Shown: piece by piece, positions 28,894 through 39,042 of the stretch
Layout: every line of letters begins with the position of its first letter
Numbering within the stretch: position 1 is the stretch's first letter
Assembly: GCA_016927995.1 (NCBI GenBank)
Contig: JAFGLO010000015.1
Location: 3,847 to 67,846, forward strand
Length of the DNA stretch: 64,000 nucleotides
Source of the DNA: Candidatus Dojkabacteria bacterium
GTDB lineage: Bacteria; Patescibacteriota; Dojkabacteria; JAFGLO01
Direction of reading: 5' to 3'
Program-made: the position numbers and the translations under genes
Notes under the pieces: generated by a model
What the model was told of the DNA's origin: nothing
Seen by the model: the letters and a program-made list of their open reading frames with translations, nothing else
Database searches by the model: none

Positions 28894-30993
28894 ATGAGCA
28901 ATCCTATTATTGAAGGAATAAGAAAGGTCTTATTCGGGAAAAAGGCACAAAATACCCAAGGGCAACAACCTGTTCAATACACGCAATCGCAAGGCGTGCA
29001 GATGCAGCCGGTACCGCCAATGCAACCTTCCACCCAAGCAGTTATACAACCACAACCGGGTCAGGTTATACAACCACAACCGGATCAGGTAATACAACCA
29101 CAGCCGGGTCAGGTAATACAACCGCCAGAAGGAACTCCTGTAATTACACAAGTGACTCAGGATATGCAACTTGCTCAGGCTCAGGCTAATGAACAGATAG
29201 GCATTAGGGATATATTGGCACCAAGCTACATAGAGGTCGATTTTAATTATATTCAGGTTGGAAGAAAATACTTTAGAACCCTTTTTATATCGAAATATCC
29301 GCGCGTAGTTAGAATCAACTGGCTTTCTCCATTAATAAATTTCGATAGCTCCCTTATTATTAGTACACACTATTATCCACTTGATATTAAAGATGTACTT
29401 GCTAGACTCAAAAAGAAAATGGGTGAGCTGGAGGCAACTTTAATGGTTCAGGTTGAGAAGGGAAAGGTTATCGATCCTACGGCAAAGGTTGCATTAAAAG
29501 ATGCACAAAGCTTACAAGATGCAATTGCATCGGGTGCGGAAAAGCTATTTCAGTTTGGGCTTTACGTAACAGTTGAGGCAAATTCTACGGAAGAACTAAA
29601 TAAAGTCACGAAAGATGTTGTCTCCACAATATCTGCACTTGATATGCAAGCCGACCCGACAACACTTCAAATGGAGCAGGGGTTGCAGTCGTCCATTCCA
29701 TCCGGTGTAGACAAACTTTTTTACAACCGAAATCTTGATACAACATCAATTGCAACAACGTTTCCGTTTATTACGTCTGAACTTACAATGGATCATGGAA
29801 TTTTATATGGAGTTAACCTGCATAACAAAAGTCTCGTTGTCTTTGATAGGTTTGATTTAGAGAATGCTAATTCCACGGTTTTTGCAAGATCGGGTGCAGG
29901 TAAAAGTTATTTCGTAAAACTGGAGATTTTTAGAAGTCTAATGCTTGGAACCGAAGTTATTATTATTGATCCGGAAAAGGAGTATGAAAGCTTGGCAAAA
30001 TCACTCGATGGATTATATATTACTTTTTCCCAGGATGAAGGTTATAAAGTAAATCCGTTTGAACTTCCCGGCGCGTTAATCGAAGAGGGTGTTGATCAGC
30101 TTCGTGAAAAAATTCTCTCTCTTCAGCGATTTTTTAATATTATGTTTGGCGGAACCAGTAATTTGGAAAAGGCTATCCTTGATAGAGCAATGATGCTTAC
30201 TTACAATGAAAAAGGAATAACAGTCGAACCCTCAACTCAGAGTAATCCTGCACCGCTTTTGGAGGATCTCTATAAAGTACTTAAAGGGTTTACTGAAGAA
30301 GATGCACAAAGCCTGGCAAAGCGAATGGAGCGATTTATAATTGGTAGCGCAGCAGGAATATTTAATGAGCGGACAAATCTATCATTAGACAATCCATTTA
30401 CCGTGTTTTCAATTCGTGATCTATCGGAAGAATTAAGACCGTTAGCAATGTATCAAATGCTTGATTTTATCTGGACTAATATACGAAAAATCCGCAAAAA
30501 AAGAATTTTGGTTGTAGAGGAGGCCTGGTATATGATGCAACGTCCCGATTCGGCCGAATTTATGTATTCTATTGCAAAACGTGCTCGAAAGTACTATCTT
30601 GGGCTCACTACAATAAGTCAAGATGTCGACGACTTTTTATCTACTGATTATGGAAAAGCCGTAGTAAACAACAGTGCCATGCAGATTCTCTTGAAGCAAA
30701 GTTCCTCTGCAATTGACCGAATCCAGTTTGTGTTTAAGCTTACCGAGGGAGAGCGATCATTTCTTTTAAGATGCGGAATAGGTGAAGGACTATTCTTTGC
30801 AGGGAATAATCATGTGGCAATTAAAAGCGTTTCAAGTCTTGCCGAGCACAGACTTATGACAACCAATCCACAGGAAATGGATTTTTATAAACAGGTTGGA
30901 CTAATGGATGATACAGATTCCGAAAAACTCTCAAAGGTGTTTACACCGACCTTAGTTGAATCCTTATACGGAAATAAAAATGGGAATATTTGA
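28894..30993 (+). CDS. virB4: VirB4-like ATPase
   Basis: Walker A ARSGAGKS, IIDPEKEY, Walker B VVEEAW, KRARKY, TISQDVDDF. Confidence 0.9.
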   Translation: MSNPIIEGIRKVLFGKKAQNTQGQQPVQYTQSQGVQMQPVPPMQPSTQAVIQPQPGQVIQPQPDQVIQPQPGQVIQPPEGTPVITQVTQDMQLAQAQANEQIGIRDILAPSYIEVDFNYIQVGRKYFRTLFISKYPRVVRINWLSPLINFDSSLIISTHYYPLDIKDVLARLKKKMGELEATLMVQVEKGKVIDPTAKVALKDAQSLQDAIASGAEKLFQFGLYVTVEANSTEELNKVTKDVVSTISALDMQADPTTLQMEQGLQSSIPSGVDKLFYNRNLDTTSIATTFPFITSELTMDHGILYGVNLHNKSLVVFDRFDLENANSTVFARSGAGKSYFVKLEIFRSLMLGTEVIIIDPEKEYESLAKSLDGLYITFSQDEGYKVNPFELPGALIEEGVDQLREKILSLQRFFNIMFGGTSNLEKAILDRAMMLTYNEKGITVEPSTQSNPAPLLEDLYKVLKGFTEEDAQSLAKRMERFIIGSAAGIFNERTNLSLDNPFTVFSIRDLSEELRPLAMYQMLDFIWTNIRKIRKKRILVVEEAWYMMQRPDSAEFMYSIAKRARKYYLGLTTISQDVDDFLSTDYGKAVVNNSAMQILLKQSSSAIDRIQFVFKLTEGERSFLLRCGIGEGLFFAGNNHVAIKSVSSLAEHRLMTTNPQEMDFYKQVGLMDDTDSEKLSKVFTPTLVESLYGNKNGNI
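29041..29124 (+). repeat. 24-bp in-frame tandem repeat, about 3.5 copies (VIQPQPGQ)
   Basis: GTTATACAACCACAACCGGGTCAG-type units start at 29041, 29065, 29089, with a partial at 29113. Confidence 0.9.
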
Positions 30994-31303
30994 TTCGATC
31001 AAGCGATTATTAGGAATAGGGAAAACTCCTGTACAAGATGGTCTCTCACAAACTATTCCGGAATTTAAATATTCACGTCGATCAGGCGAAGTCGTTGGTT
31101 CGGGTAGCCCTACGGTTCCCCAAAATGGTTGTGCGAATCAATCACCGAGGCTTCCTATAGATGATCCTGCATTAGCACTACTAAAAGCCAACGAGCTTGT
31201 TAAAGGCGGAAAAGAGTTGATATCTTCGCGCGAGGTTAACGTTAAAACAAGCGACTCCGGCGCCACAGCCAAGCTCCCGCAAAACCCGTTTAAGGGGGTA
31301 TAA
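30980..31303 (+). CDS. Hypothetical protein
   Basis: ATG 30980 (MGIFDSIKRLLG) overlaps the end of virB4. Confidence 0.55.
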   Translation: MGIFDSIKRLLGIGKTPVQDGLSQTIPEFKYSRRSGEVVGSGSPTVPQNGCANQSPRLPIDDPALALLKANELVKGGKELISSREVNVKTSDSGATAKLPQNPFKGV

Positions 31304-31398
31304 GTACCGACCTCATACCGACCTCATGGATTGGTTTTGACAGTTGTCCCTTGATATTTAACAAAGTTATCTATCACTGTTTACTGCTTATCATGTCA

Positions 31399-33384
31399 CT
31401 ACTCAACAATTTCTCCATCTTTTGCGTCCTTGGCGGCTTTGTCTTTTTTGTCTTCCGGCTTGTCGCTATTATTTTTGTCGGACTTTTCGGCTGTTTTGCC
31501 GGTTTTACCACCTTTATCTTTTTCACTACCTGACTGTTTCGCTTTCTCACTGGTTTTCGCCGCTTCCTGACCCATTTGTGAGTAAATCCGTTGACTCATA
31601 TCCTGAATTTTACTTGTTAACTCTTCGGTCTTTTTCTCTACTTCCTTTTCGTCAAAGTCTTCTTTTGCAATAAGATCTTTTAGTTCTTTTGACAACTTTT
31701 CGAGTTCTTCTTTTTCTTTATCTGTGACCTTATCGCCCAAATCTTTTATAGTCTTTTCAACGGTAAAGGTTAGGGTATCGGCATTGTTTTTAATCTCTGC
31801 ACGCTTTTTCTTTGTTTCATCTTCGCTTGCATGCTCTTTTGCTTCGGCAACCATTTTTTCTATGTCATCGTCGGAAAGACCTGTCGAAGATTTTATTACA
31901 ATGTTGTTCTCCTTTCCGGTAGCCTGATCTTTTGCAGTAACACTAAGAATACCGTTTGCATCGATTTTAAAGCTGACTTCGATTCTAGGCACACCACGTG
32001 GAGCGGGAGGAATACCTTCAAGTCTGAAAATACCAAGCTCTTTGTTGTCAGCTGCCATTGGACGTTCACCTTGTAAAACTCTTATATCTACAGCGGTTTG
32101 ATTATCGGCGTAAGTTGTAAATCGATCTTCTTTCTTTTCTGTTGGAATTGTTGTGTTTCTTGGTATAAGTACAGTCATTACACCACCTGCAGTTTCGATA
32201 CCAAGTGAAAGTGGCGTAACATCAAGTAGGGTTACGTCGGAGACATCACCTGCCAAAACACCTGCCTGGACAGCAGCTCCCATTCCCACAACCTCGTCGG
32301 GATTTACACCCTTTTGCGGCTCTTTCTCGAAAAATTCTTTTACCGTTTTTTGTACAAGGGGCATTCTTGTCATTCCACCGACTAGTAACACTTCACCAAC
32401 GTCGGATGCTTTTAGCTTTGCATCAGCAAGAGCCTTTTTACAAGGCTCAATTGATGAATCGACAAGTTCCTTAACCAATTTTTCAAGTTCTGCACGAGTG
32501 AAGTCACGTTTTAGGTGTTTAGGACCTTTTGCATCGGCAGTAATAAATGGAATATTTATAGTTGTTTTCTCACTTTGCGAAAGCTCGATTTTTGCTTTTT
32601 CGGAAGCTTCTTTAAGTCGCTGAAGTGCAGTTTTGTCTTCTGAAAGATCAATTCCTTGCTCGTCTTTAAACTCTTTGGCAAGCATATCCATTATTTTTGC
32701 ATCAAAGTCGTCACCTCCAAGATGTGTGTCACCGTTGGTTGATAAAACTTCGTAGACCCCGTCTCCTATTTCCAGAATAGAAATATCAAAGGTTCCACCC
32801 CCTAGGTCATAAACGGCAATCTTTTGATCGGCCTTTTGTGAAAGACCATAGGCTAGGGTAGAAGCCGTTGGTTCGTTAAGAATACGTTTAACCTCTAGCC
32901 CTGCGATTTTACCTGCATCTTTAGTAGCCTGACGTTGAGAATCATCGAAATAAGCGGGCACAGTTATTACAGCCTCTGTTATTTTGTCTCCGAGGTATTC
33001 TTCTGCGTCAGCTTTCATTTTTTGTAGTACCATTGCGGAGATCTCTTGAGGCGTATACCACTTACCCGACATTTTAACTTCGACTCCGCCGTTTTTTGCT
33101 TTTCGGGTTTCGTATGGCATTCGCTTAATATCGGTTTGGGTCTCTTTATCATCGAACTTTCGGCCAATAAGTCGCTTAACGGAATAAATTGTGTTTTCGG
33201 CGTTTATAATTGATTGAGCTTTTGCCGCCTGCCCAACAAGACGCTCACCGTTTTCATCAATTGCGACGATTGACGGGGTAAGCCTACTGCCACTGCTGTT
33301 TGGAATAACGACGGGTTTTCCACCTTCCATGATGGCCATTACGGAGTTTGTAGTTCCAAGGTCAATTCCTAATATTTTACTCAT
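31399..33384 (-). CDS. dnaK: Chaperone DnaK
   Basis: [29 protein letters not shown]. Confidence 0.99.
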   Translation of the reverse strand: MSKILGIDLGTTNSVMAIMEGGKPVVIPNSSGSRLTPSIVAIDENGERLVGQAAKAQSIINAENTIYSVKRLIGRKFDDKETQTDIKRMPYETRKAKNGGVEVKMSGKWYTPQEISAMVLQKMKADAEEYLGDKITEAVITVPAYFDDSQRQATKDAGKIAGLEVKRILNEPTASTLAYGLSQKADQKIAVYDLGGGTFDISILEIGDGVYEVLSTNGDTHLGGDDFDAKIMDMLAKEFKDEQGIDLSEDKTALQRLKEASEKAKIELSQSEKTTINIPFITADAKGPKHLKRDFTRAELEKLVKELVDSSIEPCKKALADAKLKASDVGEVLLVGGMTRMPLVQKTVKEFFEKEPQKGVNPDEVVGMGAAVQAGVLAGDVSDVTLLDVTPLSLGIETAGGVMTVLIPRNTTIPTEKKEDRFTTYADNQTAVDIRVLQGERPMAADNKELGIFRLEGIPPAPRGVPRIEVSFKIDANGILSVTAKDQATGKENNIVIKSSTGLSDDDIEKMVAEAKEHASEDETKKKRAEIKNNADTLTFTVEKTIKDLGDKVTDKEKEELEKLSKELKDLIAKEDFDEKEVEKKTEELTSKIQDMSQRIYSQMGQEAAKTSEKAKQSGSEKDKGGKTGKTAEKSDKNNSDKPEDKKDKAAKDAKDGEIVE

Positions 33385-33406
33385 TTTTTTAGTAACAATA
33401 AATTAT

Positions 33407-33880
33407 TTATTGAGAGGCAACAATGACTCGTGTGGGTCGAACTATATTTCCCTCGAGCATATAGCCCTTTGATACTACGGCCGCAACCGTATTCTTTTTA
33501 AATTTCTTTGTTTTTAAGGTCGATAATGCCTCGTGCAAGGAGGGATCAAAAGTATCTCCTTCTTTTACTGAAATCTCGGTTAAGCCAAGTTTCTCAATAA
33601 AGCCGGGAAGCATTTCAAATATTGATAATACACCGTTAACCCACTCATCCGTTTTTTTTCTATTTTCTTGTTTCGCAAGTTCCAGGCTGTCCATTATCAA
33701 AAGAAGTTCTGTCGAAATCTCTTTTATACGGTTAAAGATTAATTGTTCCGTGTCTTTGGCTGCCCGCTTTTTTAGATTGTCATAGTCTGCAAGTGCTTTT
33801 GCAAGTTGGCTTTTTAAAATTTCTACCTCTGTAGGCTTATTTGCCGGTGTCTGTTTTTTTACTTCTTTGTTTGTTTTCAT
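33407..33880 (-). CDS. grpE: Nucleotide exchange factor GrpE
   Basis: ADYDNLKKR, FDPSLHEA, KGYML..IVRP. Confidence 0.95.
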   Translation of the reverse strand: MKTNKEVKKQTPANKPTEVEILKSQLAKALADYDNLKKRAAKDTEQLIFNRIKEISTELLLIMDSLELAKQENRKKTDEWVNGVLSIFEMLPGFIEKLGLTEISVKEGDTFDPSLHEALSTLKTKKFKKNTVAAVVSKGYMLEGNIVRPTRVIVASQ

Positions 33881-34599
33881 TAAACTTTATTATCTAATAA
33901 ATCACCTATGAATCTAACGGCGGGAATTACCTTTGAATAATTAAAGCGTTTTGACGAAATAACGCCAATATATCCGGGAGTTCCATTTTTCCCCGTAAAT
34001 TTTTTGGCAACTATTGCTATGTTCTCTAGGTCTAAATATTTTAGGTCTTTGCCAATTATTGTAAATACTACATTAGTTGTATTTTTAACCAAATTGTCGA
34101 AATGTGTCTTGTTTTCTAAAAAGTGCAGTAAACTTGTCAGCGTGTCTGAATCTAGAAGTTCCTCGTATTTTGAGACTCTGTATAGTCCCTTTGTAATTGT
34201 TATATTTTTGAAGAAACAAAAAACGGGTTCGTCAATGTAAACAGATAACAATGTCGATATGTTGGTAAGTCTTTCGTATGCACCCGTGGATTCTGTAATG
34301 GCAGTTTCAACGCTCTGGGCAAATTCTTGTGGTATTTCTACTTCAGTTAGTATGTTTCTAAGGAAATACTTAATTCCAAGGTCCGATGGGACTCTGCCCG
34401 ACGATATATGGCTTTTTTTGAGAAGTCCATGTTTCTCAAGCTGAGCCATTTCATTACGGACGGTTGCGGGACAGGCATTAATTTTATACCTTCTAACTAC
34501 GATAGAAGAAGGTACTGCAGACAAATCTCTTCCCAAAAACTCTGATATTACCGCATGTAATATTGCCAGTTGTCGTTTTGAAATTTCGTCTACAGGCAT
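33880..34599 (-). CDS. hrcA: Heat-inducible repressor HrcA (short form)
   Basis: RQLAIL, ATVRNEMAQLE.GLL..HISSGRVPSD.G, IGVISSKRFNY. Confidence 0.92.
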   Translation of the reverse strand: MPVDEISKRQLAILHAVISEFLGRDLSAVPSSIVVRRYKINACPATVRNEMAQLEKHGLLKKSHISSGRVPSDLGIKYFLRNILTEVEIPQEFAQSVETAITESTGAYERLTNISTLLSVYIDEPVFCFFKNITITKGLYRVSKYEELLDSDTLTSLLHFLENKTHFDNLVKNTTNVVFTIIGKDLKYLDLENIAIVAKKFTGKNGTPGYIGVISSKRFNYSKVIPAVRFIGDLLDNKV

Positions 34600-34626
34600 T
34601 TAGCAATCAGTTATGTTAAGTGCTAA
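34600..34626. promoter_or_regulatory. CIRCE operator
   Basis: TTAGCAATC-N9-AAGTGCTAA versus consensus TTAGCACTC-N9-GAGTGCTAA; abuts the hrcA ATG. Confidence 0.92.
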
Positions 34627-34629
34627 ATG

Positions 34630-34658
34630 ATTTTACGGAGATAGAAGGCGATTGTCAA
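34630..34658 (-). promoter_or_regulatory. Sigma70 promoter of hrcA-grpE-dnaK
   Basis: Minus strand TTGACA, 17 bp, TAAAAT. Confidence 0.88.
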
Positions 34659-34713
34659 GCGTTGCCAATGAAATTTCTCCGGCACTTGCTATATATACAG
34701 AAGAAAATAAGCC

Positions 34714-34905
34714 GTAAAGGCAAGCCATGCCCCATGGGAACTTTATCACCTCCCGAAAGTAGAACCATGCATGATTGATATCAAACATATCCTTGTACTG
34801 CCCTAGCAGTCTGTACTCACGATGATTTGGTTAGATCTGGATTTGCTGCCTTGTGTCGCAAGCAAAAAATCGATAAAGTTCCCATGGGGCATGGCTTGCC
34901 TTTGC
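34714..34905. mobile_element. Non-autonomous REPIN/MITE-like element with 32-bp perfect inverted repeats
   Basis: AAAGGCAAGCCATGCCCCATGGGAACTTTATC (34716-34747) and its exact reverse complement (34872-34903). Confidence 0.75.
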
Positions 34906-34913
34906 ACAGTGAT

Positions 34914-36065
34914 CTAGTACGAGTACTTGTCTTCCGGGGTTTCGTCTTTTTCCTCTTTGGCTTTTTTAATCTTTGGAAGAATTGTTATAAAGAAAATGAA
35001 ACCAAGAATTAATACGGGAACCAATAATATCACCGCAAGTTTTAGAAGTCCGCTTACAAGTGCGCCCAAAAGACCTATTGTTAACGTAATAGTGTATTCG
35101 ATAAGTGCAATTTTAGGCTCGGATATGTTTATTGCCAGTAACTTGTGGTGAAGATGACGCTTATCTCCGCTTGTCATTAGATCACTAATTTTTTGCGGCT
35201 TGGTCTCGATAACTCTTTGAATTACCACAAAAACCAGATCGGTAAGCGGAAGTGCAAGGGCAACAAAAGTGGTTGCAAGTTTTGCACCGCTTTTTATTGC
35301 TAGGGCAGCGATTAAGAATCCGTAAACGGATTTACCCGATGAGCCCGAGTGAATTTTGCCCGGATAAAAGTTGTAAATTGCATAGCCGATTAGACATCCG
35401 GCCAGAGTAATGCTTAAAAATGCACTTGATTCGTTAAAAAACCGTGCGCTAATTAAAAACACGATTATTAAGGCAAGTGCGGAGTTTCCTTCTAAAAGCG
35501 CGTCGGTTCCACCATTTACCTTCAGGGCATTTATGACAACAACAATCCACGTAAGTAAAATGAGATCGCCTGGAATACTAAGGCTTAGCGGAATACCAAG
35601 AAAAGTGTCTTTCCACGTAAATACTGACAGATTGACAACAATGTTTGTTCCGGGAATGTTTATTGTTGAAAGATTTTCGGGTGACAATGCAAATATTAAG
35701 GCAGCAAGTATTTGAACAGCAAGCTGTATCTTAAAGCTTAGATTTAGCTTATCGTCGAACACACCCATTATTACTAGTATTAAGGTTGGAATAAATAGCC
35801 ACCAAAGATTTTCAATAACGTGCCCATTTATAAGTATAAGTATCAGAAAAGGGATAATTACGGCAAGCCCACCCAAAAGCGGGACAGGTGGTTTTTCAAG
35901 ACGTCGATCCCTATCGGGAGATGGTTTTCGCATACTGGGTGGCAAGTCCATGATTTTTAACCGCTTTGCGATTAGACCAATTATTGGAGTTAAGAGTAGC
36001 GAAAATATTAGACCTTGTCCAAGATACGGTAAGTATTGAAAATATTGCTCTTTAAAAAGCTCCAT
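34914..36065 (-). CDS. MraY/WecA/TagO family (GT4) polyprenyl-phosphate sugar-1-phosphate transferase
   Basis: Multi-TM; PLLGGLA, GVFDD, YNFYPGKI, GDKRHLHHKL. Confidence 0.85.
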   Translation of the reverse strand: MELFKEQYFQYLPYLGQGLIFSLLLTPIIGLIAKRLKIMDLPPSMRKPSPDRDRRLEKPPVPLLGGLAVIIPFLILILINGHVIENLWWLFIPTLILVIMGVFDDKLNLSFKIQLAVQILAALIFALSPENLSTINIPGTNIVVNLSVFTWKDTFLGIPLSLSIPGDLILLTWIVVVINALKVNGGTDALLEGNSALALIIVFLISARFFNESSAFLSITLAGCLIGYAIYNFYPGKIHSGSSGKSVYGFLIAALAIKSGAKLATTFVALALPLTDLVFVVIQRVIETKPQKISDLMTSGDKRHLHHKLLAINISEPKIALIEYTITLTIGLLGALVSGLLKLAVILLVPVLILGFIFFITILPKIKKAKEEKDETPEDKYSY

Positions 36066-36066
36066 A

Positions 36067-36513
36067 TTATGAAACTAGGTTAACCAAATTTACAAATCCT
36101 AAAGAGAAGAGGCTAAGGGATATGGCCGTTGATATTACAACGAATCTTGTTAAGTGCTTGCTATATTTGAATAAATGAGTACAAATTAAAATCACGGAAA
36201 AACTTCCTATTGCAAATCCCCAAGGAACAAACTTAACCGCGTTTATAGATTCAAGCAAATTATTACTTTCCTTTGTTAAAAGCCAGAATGGAATCTTCTC
36301 AATCTGACCGGGGTTATATGCTGTCGATATCGCAAAGGTATAAAGTGTTGTAATAAGAAACAGGGGTGCTGCCAAAATAAACGAATAATCCGTTAAAAAT
36401 TTATTGGCTCTTAAGTCCGAGCATAACTTATAGATAATATGACCGATTGAAAAATCCCTTTTGAAGGGAAGTTTTTTTTGCGGTTTTTTTGAGAAGATCG
36501 ACTTTAGATCCAT
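36067..36513 (-). CDS. Hypothetical membrane protein
   Basis: Three hydrophobic segments; coupled to the GT4 gene. Confidence 0.65.
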   Translation of the reverse strand: MDLKSIFSKKPQKKLPFKRDFSIGHIIYKLCSDLRANKFLTDYSFILAAPLFLITTLYTFAISTAYNPGQIEKIPFWLLTKESNNLLESINAVKFVPWGFAIGSFSVILICTHLFKYSKHLTRFVVISTAISLSLFSLGFVNLVNLVS

Positions 36514-36519
36514 TGTTTG

Positions 36520-39015
36520 TTAAACAGGAATTGATATTGGTGGTTCATCATTTTTGGGCTCGTTGCCGTTAGGCGTTTGATTACTACTAAGTGGTTGACT
36601 ACTACCGGTGCTACTTGTTGTGGTTGTTGTCAAGGTAGATGAAGTAACAGGTGGAGGAGTAATCATACCATCGGGTGGTAGGCCGGATACCGGAGTAGTA
36701 TTACTTTGCTTAGGTGTTTGTGAGCTTAATGTGGTTGGTGTTCCCGTTGTCGGTTGCGTTGTTGTAGCTGTACTTGTAGTGGTTATTGTTGCGGGTTCAC
36801 TGCTTTGGTAAAAGCCTGAAGGTGACGAAATCGTGGCAACGTTATTAGGTTCTTGATATATGTATGTAGATGTCTTAGTTGGTGGGCTGGAAGATTGGCT
36901 AGTTAGGGAACTTGTAGATTGAGTTGTTGGTGGATTTATGGGTTGATAAGTTGTTGTGGATATGTACTTAGTGGTTTTATCTCTTCCAAAAAGAAATGGT
37001 AAGAAGAGTAAGCCTAGAAGTAGGAATGCAATACCAATCGCAATTATTATAAGAAGATTTTTGGGAAACTCGATCCCAAATAGTGTTATTGTGTCACTAC
37101 TTGTCTCTTTCTCACTTTCGGTTGTTGTTGCAAGTTTTATGCTAAAGTTCCAATTTTTCTCTGCCTTTTCTGTTTTATCATTTTCAAAAGAAACTTTCAC
37201 CGAGTGCTGTCCCTCTGTAAGGTTCTTGGCAACATATGTAAATGAGGCCTTTTGGTCAGTACGTTGGTTCAATATTATTAGATCGGATATATCTTTATCA
37301 TCCAAAAGCACAACAAGAGAATCTCTGTCAATTATATTGTTGTTTCCTGCATTTAAGTCAGCCTGGAGTGTTACTTCAGTTTTGACAATAGTTGATCCGT
37401 TTAGTGGAATAATATTTGTGATTTCGGGAGGGAAATACGTATTTTCCGGGTTTGTCACAGTGTTTCCTTCTACGGGAGGGGTATTATCTTCCGGTGGTTG
37501 GCTGGGGTTTATTGCGCCTGTGCCTCCACCCTGTGAAACGTTGGTAACACTAATTTGTGGAGTAACCAAATAGCCAATTCCTGCAGGGACCTGGTCATCC
37601 GTAGCCTGAACAATAACATAGTAGGTTCCTGTAGGAAGGTTAGGGGTCCAGTTATATTCTACAAAGTTGTGGTTAAGATCGACTATTTTTACCCAAGTTG
37701 ATGAGTTGGCCGGATTGGTTGTGTAATATAATGAATATCTAATTATCTGGTTTCGATCATTTGTTCCCGTCCAGTTTATTCTTAGTGTTTGTGTACTTGT
37801 CATTACTACGGGGGACGTTGGGGAGGCTATAACAACAACTGGCGTATCGTTACCTTCGGTTCGTTGAACAATAACGGGCCATACTCGTGTTACATAGTGA
37901 ATAGGATAACCGTCATTACAGGTAATTGTAATCATGTAAGAGCCTTCTTCGTTTGTTGAGCCTGTAAGCGAAATTGCAATTTGAGATCCGTTTGAGCTTG
38001 GAGTTTCGGTGATAGTTACCCATTTTCTACCGCTTGATCCCTCGGGTGCTATTGCAGTACAGCTTATTACATCACCATCGGGGTCGGCAACATTCAATGT
38101 AAATTGATAGGTCTGACCTTGATTTATAATGTTCGCATTGTTTGCGGTAGGATTGTTTTGGAATACAGGCGCACTGTTTCCTGCCGGAGTTAAAACAATT
38201 GTTCCACCGGATGCATGTACCGGTCGGACGATAAAATTAATAATGTTGTCGATTAGACTTTCTTCTCCATTCGCCGTTACTACTGTAAGATCAACGCTGT
38301 AAACATTTTGAATTGTTGGAGTAAAGGTGAAGGGCGGTTCACTGTTTTCGTCGATTAGTACAAGCGTTTGCGGATTAGTAAATTCCCAGGTTAATGTGTC
38401 AATAAGCTCGTTTTCTGCAAATATTTCTGCAGTAACCTTAGTTACTCCGGTTGTGGATTCAATTGTTGCGCTAAAGGTTACGGGATATCCTAGAATAATA
38501 TTGCCCGACGAAGGTGTAACGGAAAAATTCTTAACGACAAACCCCTCGCGAGTTGATACGGAAATCATTGTTTCATATACGACATAGTCAATACCATCGG
38601 TGACATATATTTTAATAGGATTTTCGGCTGCTGCATCTAATGGAACATCCCATGATATATCGCCGGTTTCACGGTTAAGTTGTAAACCGGCAGGGTATAC
38701 TGGTTGAACGTTCTCACATTCTTCATGAGTTCGGACAACACCTTTTGAATCTGTTACCTCCGCAGGACAGTTTAATAGGTAGATTAATACGTCTTGGTCT
38801 TTGTCGGTTGCAATAATTTTACTTGCATATAATTCTCCGGCGTATGCGTTTGTTTCAGGCTTTTCTGACACGGCCGGAAAGTTGTTTACGACTTGGTCTC
38901 CGGCATAGTTTCGATATTTAATTAAGTCCCTAACTTCAAATGCAATTATAGGTAACATAATAAATGCAAGAAGAACAATAGCGGCATTTATTCGTTTTTT
39001 TGTAGGTTTATCCAT
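36520..39015 (-). CDS. Ig/cadherin-like repeat surface protein with N- and C-terminal TM helices and S/T/P-rich tail
   Basis: NNFP..ATDKDQD, NSAPVF..VADPDGD, NDTPVV cadherin-like motifs. Confidence 0.75.
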   Translation of the reverse strand: MDKPTKKRINAAIVLLAFIMLPIIAFEVRDLIKYRNYAGDQVVNNFPAVSEKPETNAYAGELYASKIIATDKDQDVLIYLLNCPAEVTDSKGVVRTHEECENVQPVYPAGLQLNRETGDISWDVPLDAAAENPIKIYVTDGIDYVVYETMISVSTREGFVVKNFSVTPSSGNIILGYPVTFSATIESTTGVTKVTAEIFAENELIDTLTWEFTNPQTLVLIDENSEPPFTFTPTIQNVYSVDLTVVTANGEESLIDNIINFIVRPVHASGGTIVLTPAGNSAPVFQNNPTANNANIINQGQTYQFTLNVADPDGDVISCTAIAPEGSSGRKWVTITETPSSNGSQIAISLTGSTNEEGSYMITITCNDGYPIHYVTRVWPVIVQRTEGNDTPVVVIASPTSPVVMTSTQTLRINWTGTNDRNQIIRYSLYYTTNPANSSTWVKIVDLNHNFVEYNWTPNLPTGTYYVIVQATDDQVPAGIGYLVTPQISVTNVSQGGGTGAINPSQPPEDNTPPVEGNTVTNPENTYFPPEITNIIPLNGSTIVKTEVTLQADLNAGNNNIIDRDSLVVLLDDKDISDLIILNQRTDQKASFTYVAKNLTEGQHSVKVSFENDKTEKAEKNWNFSIKLATTTESEKETSSDTITLFGIEFPKNLLIIIAIGIAFLLLGLLFLPFLFGRDKTTKYISTTTYQPINPPTTQSTSSLTSQSSSPPTKTSTYIYQEPNNVATISSPSGFYQSSEPATITTTSTATTTQPTTGTPTTLSSQTPKQSNTTPVSGLPPDGMITPPPVTSSTLTTTTTSSTGSSQPLSSNQTPNGNEPKNDEPPISIPV

Positions 39016-39042
39016 ATGCGTTAGAATAAAGAGTAATTTTAT

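Noticed and set aside
26951-30993. Integrative conjugative element
   Set aside because: No integrase, relaxase, att repeats or evident compositional shift; components are dispersed among core genes
34827-35012. Small ORF overlapping the inverted-repeat element, possible transposase remnant
   Set aside because: No transposase motif, and it lies antisense to the GT4 gene
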